DNA of 64,000 nucleotides from Robinsoniella sp. (GTDB lineage Bacteria; Bacillota; Clostridia; Lachnospirales; Lachnospiraceae): NCBI GenBank assembly GCA_022788205.1, contig JALEVQ010000081.1, positions 27,278 to 91,277 of the forward strand, read 5' to 3'. Shown piece by piece: positions 28,948 to 39,939 of this stretch (position 1 is its first letter; each line of letters starts with the position of its first letter). The notes under the pieces were generated by a model. It saw only the letters and a program-made list of their open reading frames with translations, ran no database searches and was not told where the DNA came from. The position numbers and the translations under genes were made by a program.

Positions 28948-30180
28948 CTACTCTGCATGGCGGATGCGGATACGGCTGATCACTTTGCCAGACTCTTCTG
29001 ATTTTGCCTCAAAATCTGCCTCTGTCATTTCTTCTGTGACAAAACCAAATTCTCCTGCCATGTCCTCGATCACAATCGGCTCTACCGCTCCAAAAATGCG
29101 TTTCACCTCATCCAAATCTTTCTGTACATCTCCCTGAACACGCACAAAGAACTGCTTTCTTGCCTTTTTCACATCGGTAAGGTTCAGCTTCTCGCTGCTC
29201 CACGATGCCATCACATCCGTGCTTCCATTTTTTACTTCATCTACAATGTCTCCCACCACTGCACTTGCCGTCGGCAGTTTTCCAGCGCCGCTTCCATAGA
29301 ACATCGCGTCTCCCAGCATATTTCCATGGACAAAGATTGCGTTGAAGACGCCATTCACGCTGAACAGAGGATCCTCTTTTCCCACCAGAACCGGTGAAAC
29401 CATCGCATAGACATCTTCTCCGACACGCTTGCTGCTTGCAAGAAGCTTAATGCAGCGCTCCATCGCCTTTGCGTATTTGATATCTGATACCGTGATTTTC
29501 GTGATTCCCTCTGTGTAGACATCCTCAAAATTTACCTGTTTTCCAAAAGCGATCGAAGACAAAATCGCAATCTTTCTGCAGGCATCATATCCTTCCACAT
29601 CTGCTTCCGGGTTGCGCTCTGCATATCCTTTCTGCTGCGCTTCCTTTAAAACCTGATCAAACTCTGAACCTTCCTGAATCATCTTCGTCAAAATATAATT
29701 TGTCGTCCCGTTTAAGATGCCAGTGATCTCATCGATCTCATCTCCTGTCAGAGAAGAATGCAGCGGGCGGATAATCGGGATGCCGCCTCCGCAGCTTGCC
29801 TCAAACAGATAATTGACATGATGTTCCTTTGCGATCTCTAAAAGCTCCGTGCCGTGTCTCGCCACCAGCTCTTTGTTGGAAGTACAGACACTCTTCCCTG
29901 CCATCAAAGCTTTTTTAGAGAAAGTGAAAGCAGGTTCCACACCTCCCATCACTTCTGCAACCACCCGTATCTCAGGGTCATTTAAAATCACCTCAAAATC
30001 ATGAACCACTTTTTCCTGGATGGGGTCCCCCGGGAAATCTCTCAAATCAAGCACGTATTTGACAGAAATTTCTTCGCCTGCCTTTTTTGCAATGATATCT
30101 TTGTTGGTGTTGAGCACTTCCACCACACCTGATCCTACCGTGCCATATCCTAATACTGCAATCTGAATCATCATTTTCAC
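28948..30180 (-). CDS. hom: homoserine dehydrogenase
   Basis: NAD fold VLGYGTVGSG, a catalytic domain, and a C-terminal ACT domain. Confidence 0.85.
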   Translation of the reverse strand: MKMMIQIAVLGYGTVGSGVVEVLNTNKDIIAKKAGEEISVKYVLDLRDFPGDPIQEKVVHDFEVILNDPEIRVVAEVMGGVEPAFTFSKKALMAGKSVCTSNKELVARHGTELLEIAKEHHVNYLFEASCGGGIPIIRPLHSSLTGDEIDEITGILNGTTNYILTKMIQEGSEFDQVLKEAQQKGYAERNPEADVEGYDACRKIAILSSIAFGKQVNFEDVYTEGITKITVSDIKYAKAMERCIKLLASSKRVGEDVYAMVSPVLVGKEDPLFSVNGVFNAIFVHGNMLGDAMFYGSGAGKLPTASAVVGDIVDEVKNGSTDVMASWSSEKLNLTDVKKARKQFFVRVQGDVQKDLDEVKRIFGAVEPIVIEDMAGEFGFVTEEMTEADFEAKSEESGKVISRIRIRHAE

Positions 30181-30620
30181 TCCCTAGCCAAAATTTTCAG
30201 GTATTGTACACCTGTTTTATCTTCGATCTTTTCAATCATCTGAGAAATATCTCCCGTGTTTGGCAAAACTTCCACGCTCATTGTCAGGGAAGCAATGCCA
30301 TTGATCGGTATACTCTGATGAATCGTCAAAATATTTGCGCGAAATTCTGCCACAACTTTCAGTACATCCGACAACAGCCCCGGTTCATCATCCATCTGTA
30401 TCACAAAAGTGATCGTCTTTCCCTTTGCATTTTCATGAAAAGGGAAAATATCATCTTTATATTTATAGAAAGAACTCCGGCTAATCCCCGTGCGCTCTGT
30501 CGCCTCCTGCACCGTTTCCACTTTCTCCGATTCCAGCAGCCTTTTTGCCTCCACAACTTTTAAAAGAACTTCCGGAACTGCCTTTTGCTTGACCACAAAA
30601 TATTTGCTTTTCTCTTCCAT
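30177..30620 (-). CDS. UPF0735 (PheB-like) ACT-domain protein
   Basis: SRSSFYKYKDDIFPF plus an ACT domain, with an AGGAGG RBS. This family is often found upstream of hom. Confidence 0.6.
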   Translation of the reverse strand: MEEKSKYFVVKQKAVPEVLLKVVEAKRLLESEKVETVQEATERTGISRSSFYKYKDDIFPFHENAKGKTITFVIQMDDEPGLLSDVLKVVAEFRANILTIHQSIPINGIASLTMSVEVLPNTGDISQMIEKIEDKTGVQYLKILARE

Positions 30621-30758
30621 TCTAATCCTCCTACGTGTTTGCACCAGAGATACATCTGTTTTCACAAGGAAGATAGTAGCACATTTATTCGTTTCACGCA
30701 ACCTTTTTTTGTGCGTATGGAAAAGGCTTGTGCAAGTTTCGCCTTTTCCACCATCTTC

Positions 30759-31376
30759 TTAGAATCCAACGCTTCCTCCGCCATGATCATTGTCATCCGT
30801 CGAGTGGACACTGCTCACGCCGCTGTCTCCGTCACTCGAAGATTCTGTTGGTATCTCTCTTCTCGTCACCATGTGATGAATCAGCTTGTCTTTCTCGTGA
30901 GTCAGGCAAAAATCAGAATGTTTCCTGAAGTCATACGAATATGTGCCAAATTTCAGGCGATATTTTCCTGCCGTCACTCCAAAATAGATGCCTCCCACAA
31001 CAAGCGCTGCCACAAGAGCGATGAGCCCCTCAAAAAAAGAAATATGGCGGTAGACAGACACTTCCCCTGTCTCCAGATGTACATTTTTTTGACCAGATGC
31101 CATCCCTATCTCCAGATAATCTAACGTCTTATTTCCCAGTGTCACAAACACGTTGTAATATTCTCCGTCCGATGCATACGGCTTTGCCTCATTGAGCGCC
31201 TCCTCAATGCGATAGTCTGTCATATAACGGATCATCTGTGCTGTCGTGGAGATCGTCAAGTAACGATTATCCATATCGATCAAAAACAGGATTCCACGCA
31301 GCTTAGGCAATGATAACTCATAACTGCCATATGCTTTCCTCCCTGTTTTCTGAATTATGGACGTGGCTTGCCACAT
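30759..31376 (-). CDS. hypothetical single-pass membrane protein (partner of SPFH protein)
   Basis: 205 aa with a C-proximal TM segment and an acidic S/D-rich tail. The start is uncertain and overlaps the upstream gene by 22 nt. Confidence 0.35.
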   Translation of the reverse strand: MWQATSIIQKTGRKAYGSYELSLPKLRGILFLIDMDNRYLTISTTAQMIRYMTDYRIEEALNEAKPYASDGEYYNVFVTLGNKTLDYLEIGMASGQKNVHLETGEVSVYRHISFFEGLIALVAALVVGGIYFGVTAGKYRLKFGTYSYDFRKHSDFCLTHEKDKLIHHMVTRREIPTESSSDGDSGVSSVHSTDDNDHGGGSVGF

Positions 31377-32647
31377 TCCTGACAGAATTTTCCTTCATTG
31401 ACTGCACCGCACTCGCATGTCCACTCTTTGCTCTGCGGGCGTGGCTTGCCGCATTCCTGGCAGAATTTTCCTTCATTGACTGTTCCGCAGCTGCATGTCC
31501 ATGTCTGCTTTTTGGGGCGTGGTTTGCCGCATTCCTGGCAGAATTTTCCTTCATTCACAGCGCCGCACGCACACTTCCATCCCTCTTCCTTTTTCGGAGC
31601 TGCTGCTGCGGCATTCATTTTCTCTTGCTGCTCTCTCTGTGCCTGCATCTGCTGATAATTGAAGGAGGATGCATTTCCCATCATGTTTCCTGCTGCTGAC
31701 ATTCCCATATTCATGCCCATAAAACCTGTCATACTTCCCGCTGCATTGCTTCCTGCCGCTTCAAGACCTCTTGCCATCGCGCCTTGCAGATATCCCTCTC
31801 TGACGTTCGGATCTCCCAGCATAGCGCCCTGATTTCTCATGTTGATCAGCTTTTTCGACTCTTCATCGTAGGAGAGATTTGCAATTCCGACTGCCTGGAT
31901 TTCCACACCTCTGTCACGCTTCCATGCCTCATCGAGTGTCTGTGCCATATAATTGCTCAGCTCTCTGCTCTTTGATGCCACAAAGGAGATGCGAATGCCG
32001 TCCACTGACATCTGGTTGATACTCGACTGCAGGGCATCGAGAAATTCATTGCGGAACTGCTCGTTGATTTCTTCCATCTCCAAACGTTCTGCATTTCTCG
32101 GAACAACTTCTGCGTAAAACTTCAGAGGATCTGTGATTTTTATCGAGTAGGTTCCATGTGCTCTCAAAAACAGTTCTGACTGATAGAAGGTATCAAAATA
32201 ATTGACTGGATTTTTTGTACCAAATTTCAATCCTCTGATTTCCTGCAGATTGATATAGTAAACCTTTTGTTTCTGTGAGGTGACTCCTCCAAATTTCAAT
32301 CTCTGGAAAGTCTCCTTGACCGCATCTCCGAGTTCTCCGTTGCACATAGAAGGCATCGAAGAATTGTCTACCTTAAAATATCCCGGCTCTGCTGTGTAAT
32401 CGATAATCTTTCCGCCATCAGTCAAAAGCATAAACTGATTGTCATAGACATGGATCACGGATCCATTTGACACGACATCGCTGCTTCCAAAGCGGTTTCC
32501 TCCTTTTCCTGCTCTGACCTGCACACCTTTTGTCATCACCGTCTGTTCTCCCATGTCTTCCGGCTCAATCACCTCCAAGAACTGATCATTCAGTCCTCCG
32601 CTGATACTGCCTGTCACTGTGCTGATTGCTGCTCTGATAATTCCCAT
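31355..32647 (-). CDS. SPFH/band-7 domain protein (YdjI-like) with triplicated C-terminal zinc ribbons
   Basis: SPFH core, a Gly/Met-rich linker, and 3 CxxC...CxxC ribbons. The start at MGIIRAAI has an AAAGGAG RBS. Confidence 0.6.
   Translation of the reverse strand: MGIIRAAISTVTGSISGGLNDQFLEVIEPEDMGEQTVMTKGVQVRAGKGGNRFGSSDVVSNGSVIHVYDNQFMLLTDGGKIIDYTAEPGYFKVDNSSMPSMCNGELGDAVKETFQRLKFGGVTSQKQKVYYINLQEIRGLKFGTKNPVNYFDTFYQSELFLRAHGTYSIKITDPLKFYAEVVPRNAERLEMEEINEQFRNEFLDALQSSINQMSVDGIRISFVASKSRELSNYMAQTLDEAWKRDRGVEIQAVGIANLSYDEESKKLINMRNQGAMLGDPNVREGYLQGAMARGLEAAGSNAAGSMTGFMGMNMGMSAAGNMMGNASSFNYQQMQAQREQQEKMNAAAAAPKKEEGWKCACGAVNEGKFCQECGKPRPKKQTWTCSCGTVNEGKFCQECGKPRPQSKEWTCECGAVNEGKFCQECGKPRP
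31358..31600 (-). repeat. 3 tandem coding repeats (about 78-81 nt) encoding zinc-ribbon modules W(K/T)CxCGxVNEGKFCQECGKPRP
   Basis: Direct nucleotide repeats visible at the 3' end of the SPFH gene. Confidence 0.7.
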
Positions 32648-32743
32648 AATATACTCCTTTCTTGTTTCCCGTTGGTTTTCTTTTCTGTTACTCAAAAAGC
32701 AGACATCCTAAACTTTTTCTGATGTCTGCCTCTTTTCCTGATT

Positions 32744-33866
32744 TTATTCTTCTTTCTTTTTCCCCAATGTTAGCCATTTCAGATAAGCATTGATAAAGTG
32801 ATCGATCCCGCCGTCCAGCACTTGCTCTGCATTTCCCGTCTCTGCGTTTGTGCGATGATCCTTGACCATCGTGTATGGCTGGAGAACATAAGATCGAATC
32901 TGGTTTCCCCATCCATTGTCTGTCACTTCGCCGCGGATATCGGAAAGTTTTTCCGCATTTTTCTGCTGTTCCATCAGATATAGCTTCGCCTTCAGCATCT
33001 GCATTGCCTTGTCCTTGTTCATATGCTGAGAGCGCTCATTCTGGCACTGTACTACAATGTTCGTCGGCAAGTGTGTGATGCGGACTGCTGAGGAAGTCTT
33101 GTTGATGTGCTGACCGCCGGCGCCGCTTGAGCGGTATGTGTCGACGCGGATATCTTCATCTCTCACCTCGATGTCGATGTTTTCTTCGATGTCCGGCATC
33201 ACATCGCATGAGACAAAAGAAGTCTGACGCTTTCCTGCCGCATTAAACGGTGAAATTCTGACAAGACGGTGGACACCTTTTTCTGATTTCAGATAACCGT
33301 ATGCATTTTCCCCATTGACCTGAAATGTCACAGATTTAATGCCTGCCTCATCCCCGTCAAGGTAATCCAGCACTTCGACCTGGTATCCTTTTTTCTCTGC
33401 CCATCTCGTGTACATGCGGTAAAGCATGCCTGCCCAGTCGCACGACTCTGTTCCGCCAGCTCCGGCGTGAAGTGTCACGATCGCATTGTCTTTGTCATAC
33501 TCTCCTGAAAGTAATGTTTTAACACGGATTCCTTCGTAAGTATCAATAAAATCATCTAGTTCTGCCTGAATTTCAGGAATCAGAGAGGCATCGTTTTCCT
33601 CGTATCCCATTGCAATCAAAGTCTCAATGTCCTCATATTTCTGCTTCAAGGTCTGATACGTAGCCACATCATCCTTCAGACTCTTCAAAGTCTTCATGGA
33701 CTCCTGAGACTGCTCCGGGTTGTCCCAGAAACCAGGCTCTTCCATTTTTCGCTCTAAGTCCTGGATACGCTGCTCTTTGTTCGCCAGGTCAAAGTGAATC
33801 CCTCACTTCCACCAATGGTTTCTCGTATGTGCCAAGCGTATACTTAAACTGATCTAATTCTACCAT
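32744..33866 (-). CDS. prfB: peptide chain release factor 2, with programmed +1 frameshift
   Basis: Frame 0 is MVELDQFKYTLGTYEKPLVEVRDSL followed by TGA, embedded in CTT TGA C with a GAGGGA SD-like element 3 nt upstream. The +1 frame continues DLANKEQRIQDLERKMEEPGFW. The SPF and GGQ motifs are present. Confidence 0.8.
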
Positions 33867-33956
33867 TCGCTTCACCTTCTCTCTAAAAAATCAGGAAAAA
33901 GGAGCGATCCTTCGACGTTCCTTTTTTCCTGTCATATGATTCTATTTATTTTCTGC

Positions 33957-36527
33957 TTATTTCTTTCTTCCGCAGCACTGCTTATATTTCTTGCCGCTTC
34001 CACACGGGCATGGATCGTTTGGATAAACTTTATCCTCTGCACGTTTCTTCGGTGCTTTTGCCAGCGTGTCGTCTTTGTTCGTTCCTGTCACTTTTGCGAC
34101 TTCTTCTCGCTCAACCTTTTCTTCCAGTCTCACGCGGAACAGTGGCTGGATCGTCTCTTCCTGAATCGCATAGGACATCTCATTGAACATGTCATACGCC
34201 TGCATCTTGTACTCTACCTTCGGATCTTTCTGTCCATAAGCCTGCAGACCGATTCCCTGGCGCAGCTGTTCCATATCATCGATGTGATCCATCCACTTGC
34301 GGTCGATCACTTTCAGAAGAATGACACGCTCCAGTTCACGCAGCTGCTCTGGCTCTGGGAACTGTGCCTCTTTCTCCTCGTACAGTTTGACTGCTTTTTC
34401 TTTCAGGTACTGTCTCAATTCCTCTTTTTTCTTGATATCCTTCAGATCTTCCTCTCCAACCGGCTTGATCGGAATGATACGCAGCAGTACTCTGTTCAGC
34501 TCTTTGATATCCCACTCTTCTTTTTCCTGATCAGCTGGAATACACAGATCAACATAGTGATCCACACAGTCATTGATCATCTTGTAGATGGAATCTCTCA
34601 TACTCTCGCCGTCAAGCACACGGCGTCTCTCTTTGTAGATAATCTCACGCTGTTCATTGTTTACCTGGTCATACTCAAGCAAATTCTTACGGATACCATA
34701 GTTGTTGCCCTCGATCTTCATCTGTGCTTTCTCGATTGCACTGCTCAACATTCTATGCTCGATCTGCTCATTCTCTTTTACACCGAGTGATTTGAACACA
34801 CCCATCAGCTTTTCAGAGCCGAACAGTCTCATCAGATCATCTTCCAGTGAAATATAGAATCTTGATTCTCCCGGATCTCCCTGACGTCCGGAACGACCAC
34901 GCAGCTGATTGTCGATACGTCTCGACTCATGGCGCTCTGTACCGATGATCTTCAGACCACCGAGTTCTTTCGCCTTGTCATCCAGCTTGATATCGGTACC
35001 ACGACCTGCCATGTTTGTCGCAATCGTGACAGCACCGTGGATACCTGCGTCTGCCACGATCTCTGCCTCCAGTTCGTGGAACTTCGCATTTAAGACTTTG
35101 TGAGGAATTCCCTGTCTTTTCAGCATTGAGCTGAGCAACTCGGAAGTCTCGATGGTGATGGTTCCGACCAGAACAGGCTGTCCCTTGTCGTGTGCTTCTT
35201 TGATTGATTCCACAACTGCGTGGAATTTTTCTTTCTTTGTCATATAAACCGCATCATCCAGGTCTTTTCGGATGACTGGACGGTTCGTCGGAATCTCCAC
35301 AACGTCCATGCCATAGATCTCGCGGAATTCCTTCTCCTCTGTGAGCGCTGTACCGGTCATACCGCACTTCTTCTCATACTTATTAAAGAAGTTCTGGAAT
35401 GTGATCGTTGCAAGCGTCTTGCTCTCTCTCTTTACTTTTACATGTTCTTTTGCCTCAATCGCCTGGTGAAGTCCATCGGAGTATCTTCTTCCCGGCATGA
35501 TACGTCCTGTAAACTCATCGACAATCAAAACTTCGTCATCTTTTACCACATAATCCTTATCACGGAACATCAAATTGTGCGCGCGCAGCGCCAGATCCAT
35601 GTTGTGCTGGATCTCCAGATTTTCTGCGTCTGCAAGGTTTTCAATGTTAAAGAATTTTTCAACTTTTTTGATACCGTCCTGCGTCAGGCTGACAATTTTA
35701 TCTTTCTCATTGACGATAAAGTCTCCCGTCTCTGTCACTTCCTCGCCCATGATGGCGGACATCTTTGTCACTTCGCCGCTCGCCTCGCCTCGCTCTAACT
35801 GTCTTGCCAGAATATCGCAGACTTCATATAATTTTGTCGATTTTCCACTCTGACCGGAAATAATCAAAGGTGTTCTCGCCTCATCGATCAAAACAGAGTC
35901 AACCTCATCGATGATGGCATATGCAAGGTCTCTCTGCACCAGCTGTTCTTTGTAGATTACCATGTTGTCTCTCAGATAATCAAATCCCAGCTCGTTGTTT
36001 GTCACGTAAGTGATGTCGCACGCGTATGCTTTTCTTCTGGCATCATTGTCCATATCATTCAAAACCACGCCGACTGTCAGTCCCAAGAATTCATGTACAC
36101 GTCCCATCCACTCTGCATCACGCTTTGCCAGATAATCGTTGACTGTCACGATGTGTACTCCGCGTCCTGTCAGAGCGTTTAAGTATGCTGGTGTTGTGGA
36201 GACGAGCGTCTTACCTTCACCTGTTCTCATCTCAGCGATACGTCCCTGGTGCAGGATAATACCTCCGATCAGCTGTACCTGATAATGCTCCATATTCAGG
36301 ACACGTTTCGCTGCCTCACGCACCGTCGCAAATGCTTCTGGGAGCAGATCATCGAGAGTCTCACCTTTTTGCAGTCTCTCTTTATACTCCTGTGTCTTTG
36401 CACGTAACCCTTCATCGCTGAGCGCCTGCATCGTTGGCCGCAAATCCTCAATCTTTTTTACGAGAGGCATGATTCTTTTTAACTCTCTCTCACTATGAGT
36501 GCCAAATACTTTTTCTACAAACTTCAT
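33957..36527 (-). CDS. secA: preprotein translocase ATPase SecA
   Basis: DEAD-like motor motifs and the C-terminal zinc motif [14 protein letters not shown]. The start at MKFVEK has an AGGAGA RBS. Confidence 0.9.
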   Translation of the reverse strand: MKFVEKVFGTHSERELKRIMPLVKKIEDLRPTMQALSDEGLRAKTQEYKERLQKGETLDDLLPEAFATVREAAKRVLNMEHYQVQLIGGIILHQGRIAEMRTGEGKTLVSTTPAYLNALTGRGVHIVTVNDYLAKRDAEWMGRVHEFLGLTVGVVLNDMDNDARRKAYACDITYVTNNELGFDYLRDNMVIYKEQLVQRDLAYAIIDEVDSVLIDEARTPLIISGQSGKSTKLYEVCDILARQLERGEASGEVTKMSAIMGEEVTETGDFIVNEKDKIVSLTQDGIKKVEKFFNIENLADAENLEIQHNMDLALRAHNLMFRDKDYVVKDDEVLIVDEFTGRIMPGRRYSDGLHQAIEAKEHVKVKRESKTLATITFQNFFNKYEKKCGMTGTALTEEKEFREIYGMDVVEIPTNRPVIRKDLDDAVYMTKKEKFHAVVESIKEAHDKGQPVLVGTITIETSELLSSMLKRQGIPHKVLNAKFHELEAEIVADAGIHGAVTIATNMAGRGTDIKLDDKAKELGGLKIIGTERHESRRIDNQLRGRSGRQGDPGESRFYISLEDDLMRLFGSEKLMGVFKSLGVKENEQIEHRMLSSAIEKAQMKIEGNNYGIRKNLLEYDQVNNEQREIIYKERRRVLDGESMRDSIYKMINDCVDHYVDLCIPADQEKEEWDIKELNRVLLRIIPIKPVGEEDLKDIKKKEELRQYLKEKAVKLYEEKEAQFPEPEQLRELERVILLKVIDRKWMDHIDDMEQLRQGIGLQAYGQKDPKVEYKMQAYDMFNEMSYAIQEETIQPLFRVRLEEKVEREEVAKVTGTNKDDTLAKAPKKRAEDKVYPNDPCPCGSGKKYKQCCGRKK

Positions 36528-36833
36528 GTCAATTTCTCCTATTTTCCGTTCTGCCGAAAAGCAGAGTTTTTGATTCCGCTTTTCTTTTTTTCTCCGTTCC
36601 AACCTCTTTCAGATGCCGGTCGAATTTTTATTTCTGCTGTGAAAACGAATCCCAGCATAACTCTGTTTTCTATTGTAACACTTTCCAGCAATGAACACAA
36701 TAAATTTTTTTTTGCTTATCCCTGTATATTTCTTCTCTTCTTCTCCATTTTGTCTTCTCTCTATGCGTTTATTCTAAAACTCCGCCGCTACACAGTTATC
36801 ATGGATTCCGTGATCTCATGTCCATATCGCTGT

Positions 36834-37433
36834 TTATCTGAACAGTGCAATCAGTGTCAAAACCACCATCGCCGCACATCCGATATAAAATAAAGTTTGG
36901 TTGGTCCATCCGTCTGCCTTGCAGATTTTCAGAGAGACACCCCCTGGAAACGGAAACCATAGGGACAAATTTTTTTTATTAAAAAGATCAAGCACCAGAT
37001 GACTGCTCATCGCCACCGCGAAATAATATGCTGCCTTCGGCAGCATCACATAGACCAGCCCGGAAAAAATCACTGTCGCCAGCACAGAGTGCATAAAGCC
37101 GCGATGCGGCTGTCTCTTTCCGATGATACACATGACAAGAAACCCGACAAGCCCCGCTGCTCTGACAAAAAGATCGCGTTCCTCCATAATTTTCTGTGCA
37201 ATTCCCAAATCCAGTTTCCACTCTGCAATTCCCAGCACAACCAGAGCAAAAATAGAAACTAAAATCATACGGTTTACATTCTTGCGCGCATGAGAATTCT
37301 CCGCATCGATGTCACAGATGACGGACCCTACTGCCGCTGCTCCCAGGCACAATGCCACCTCTCTCCACCCGGAAGGCTGCAATACTGCAAGTGCTGCTGT
37401 CTCTCCTATTACCAAATGTGTTTTTCCTAGCAT
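36834..37433 (-). CDS. membrane-bound metal-dependent hydrolase, YdjM/DUF457 family
   Basis: Polytopic membrane protein with conserved His residues. Length is 199 aa. Confidence 0.5.
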   Translation of the reverse strand: MLGKTHLVIGETAALAVLQPSGWREVALCLGAAAVGSVICDIDAENSHARKNVNRMILVSIFALVVLGIAEWKLDLGIAQKIMEERDLFVRAAGLVGFLVMCIIGKRQPHRGFMHSVLATVIFSGLVYVMLPKAAYYFAVAMSSHLVLDLFNKKNLSLWFPFPGGVSLKICKADGWTNQTLFYIGCAAMVVLTLIALFR

Positions 37434-37557
37434 AAAACCTCCGTTTTTTCTCCTGTCATATACTCATCCGAAAAAAAATTCCCCGCTGCCCTGAAGCGGG
37501 GAATTTCACAAATCCAACGTACCTGCTGCCGCACAAACGCCCGTCGGCGCTCTTAAA

Positions 37558-38085
37558 CTAAAATTCTGGTTCGATCAGCCCGTATGTGTTTCCTTTTCTC
37601 TTGTAAACCACATTAACTTCGTCCGTCTCTGCATTGCAAAATACAAAGAAATTATGTCCCAAAAGTTCCATCTGCACGCACGCATCTTCTGGATACATCG
37701 GCTTGATTCCGAAATGTTTTGTGCGGATGATCTTGATTTCCTCTGGTTCTTCCTCTACTTTTTCCATGAATTCCGGCTGGAAATTTCCGCCCTCTTTGTG
37801 TTTCTCAATGATCTTGTTTTTATATTTGCGCAGCTGTCTCTCAATGACTTCCTCGACCAGATCGATCGACACGTACATATCGCTGCTGACCTGTTCTGAA
37901 CGAATGATATTTCCCTTCACAGGAATCGTGACTTCTATCTTCTGTCTTTCTTTTTCAACACTGAGTGTAACAATAACCTCCGTATCAGGAGTAAAATACC
38001 GTTCCAGTTTTCCGAGCTTTTCTGTGATTGCATCTCTTAAGCCGTCCGTAATATCAATATTCTTTCCGCTGATTGTATAACGCAT
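37558..38085 (-). CDS. hpf: ribosome hibernation promoting factor (long HPF/YvyD)
   Basis: Begins MRYTISGKNIDITDGLRDAI, matching the S30AE N-domain, with a C-terminal dimerisation domain. Confidence 0.8.
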   Translation of the reverse strand: MRYTISGKNIDITDGLRDAITEKLGKLERYFTPDTEVIVTLSVEKERQKIEVTIPVKGNIIRSEQVSSDMYVSIDLVEEVIERQLRKYKNKIIEKHKEGGNFQPEFMEKVEEEPEEIKIIRTKHFGIKPMYPEDACVQMELLGHNFFVFCNAETDEVNVVYKRKGNTYGLIEPEF

Positions 38086-38223
38086 ATGACACACCCCTTT
38101 GTCTTTTCTAATTAGCAAAGCCACAAACAGCAAGCTGTCGAAGATTTACTATAATTAGATTATATCATATTCTGCGCACTTTTCAATACAATTTCTTGAG
38201 ATTTTGAATTTTTTTGTTTTTTT

Positions 38224-39003
38224 CTAATATTTTTCACACAATTTTAAGATTTGGCGATATGCCATATTTCCGCCGAACAGATCAAGTGCACTCCCGATCG
38301 TCACATCCAGTCTGTCTTTCCCTGCTCTCTTTAATTCTTCCAGATCCTCAAAGCTGCCTACACCTCCTGCATAGGTGATCGGAATTTTGCCCCATTCTCC
38401 GAGCATCTGAGCCAGCTCTGTCTCTATTCCCTGTGCTTTTCCTTCCACATCCACCGCATGAATCAGAAATTCCGCACAATATTCTGACAGTTCATCCAAT
38501 ACGCGCTCTGACAAAGACACCTTTGTAAACTTCTGCCAGCGATCCGTCACGATATAATATTTTCCATCTCTGCGTCGGCAGCTCAAATCCAGAACCATCT
38601 TCTCTCTGCCTACTTTTTTCTCTAGTTTTTCCAGATTTTTATAATGTATCATCCCATCTTGAAAGACAAAGGAAGTCACAATCACATGGGAAGCCCCCGC
38701 TTCCAGGTAGAAAGCTGCATTCTCATCGTGGATCCCTCCTCCGATCTGCATGCCCTTCGGCCAGGCACCGAGTGCACTTACTGCCTGCGCTCTTGTCGCT
38801 TCATAGTACGGCGAAGAGGCTGGATTCAGCAAAATGATATGGCCTCCTCTGAGGCCATCCTTCTTATAAAATTCTGCAAAGTCTGCCGCGCTTTGATCAG
38901 ACACAAAATTCTCCTCTGCCTGATCTCTCTCATCCTTTAGACTTCCTCCCACAATCTGCTTTACTTTGCCATTATGTATATCAATACACGGTCGAAAATG
39001 CAT
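38224..39003 (-). CDS. hisA: ProFAR isomerase, eukaryote-type HisA (HIS6-like)
   Basis: FRPCIDIHNGKVKQIVGG matches the HIS6-type N-terminus. Confidence 0.65.
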   Translation of the reverse strand: MHFRPCIDIHNGKVKQIVGGSLKDERDQAEENFVSDQSAADFAEFYKKDGLRGGHIILLNPASSPYYEATRAQAVSALGAWPKGMQIGGGIHDENAAFYLEAGASHVIVTSFVFQDGMIHYKNLEKLEKKVGREKMVLDLSCRRRDGKYYIVTDRWQKFTKVSLSERVLDELSEYCAEFLIHAVDVEGKAQGIETELAQMLGEWGKIPITYAGGVGSFEDLEELKRAGKDRLDVTIGSALDLFGGNMAYRQILKLCEKY

Positions 39004-39233
39004 TTTTCTATCTCCTCTCATCCTCTTGTGTTCTATTGTTTTGCTTCTATTTTTGCCTCATTATATCAAATGCAGACCGCTTTGAACAGTCACTGGACAG
39101 ATCTTTTCTCACACAGTGCTGGTTTTACAGCAAAACAGGTATTCCACCGGCATTTCCATGAAATACCTGTCATCAAACAAATATTCTCCACCGAGTCTGC
39201 TTTACTTTCTGTCAGACAGACTATTTTCTGCTG

Positions 39234-39632
39234 TTATTGTAGTATCTCAAGTTTCCCATTATCTGTCACATGGGAAGTCTTATTATTTTCCATATTCGTC
39301 TCGGTCTGCGTGTAATTGTCCGTTCCATTTCCGAACTCATCTATGCCATCGCGCACACCCTCGCCGAGATTTTCCACGCCATTTTTAATACCTTCTCCGA
39401 CATTTTCCACACCATCGATCACACCATTGCCCACATCACTCAGCGCTCCTGTCCCATCGGTATTGTAATTTCCATCTCGGTTGGTGGTTGTCTCCGTCAC
39501 ATTTTCTGTGGCATTTGTCGTTCTCTCCGTGTTTTCCGTCATCCCTGTCGTGTTATTTCTTCCACATCCTGTCAGTCCCAAAATGCACAGTGCCGCCAGA
39601 CAGCTGACTACATATTTTCTTTGTCTTGTCAT
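39234..39632 (-). CDS. lipoprotein with G/N/V/E-rich low-complexity repeats
   Basis: Signal peptide with a LTGC lipobox, followed by GVENVGEGIKNGVENLGEGVRDGIDEFGNG-type repeats. Confidence 0.5.
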   Translation of the reverse strand: MTRQRKYVVSCLAALCILGLTGCGRNNTTGMTENTERTTNATENVTETTTNRDGNYNTDGTGALSDVGNGVIDGVENVGEGIKNGVENLGEGVRDGIDEFGNGTDNYTQTETNMENNKTSHVTDNGKLEILQ

Positions 39633-39939
39633 GAAATTTCCCTCCTACTTTTTGATATCAATCTATTTAAGAAGCATCCAGACGCTTTTTAGTAATATGC
39701 GCATCTCTTCATTTTCTATTCAATTTAATCGAAAATTTCTTTCTTGGCACTGTACTACTTCAGTCCTTTGTCACAAAATCAACCTATAAGGCAATCATTG
39801 CAAAATGAGATGCTTTTGTCTGCCTTGTACCCTGCTTCTAAGTATGCTATAATGTCCGTGCCGTGAATGAGTCATGCAGCTGCGCGCTTCCGGATGGTAC
39901 ATGCCACTCTTTCACATCAAAAACAAATGGAGGAATTTT

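Noticed and set aside
31358-31600. Tandem direct repeats that could be mistaken for a CRISPR-like array
   Set aside because: The repeats are about 80 nt, in frame, with no spacers and no cas genes. They encode zinc-ribbon protein repeats.
33936-34790. 284-aa plus-strand ORF
   Set aside because: Antisense to secA. It is a leucine/phenylalanine-rich mirror frame.
36528-36833. Possible plus-strand terminator hairpin (TCTGC-CGAAAA-GCAGA + T-run) upstream of secA
   Set aside because: No plus-strand gene precedes it. It is more likely part of the secA leader or promoter region. It is noted but not called.
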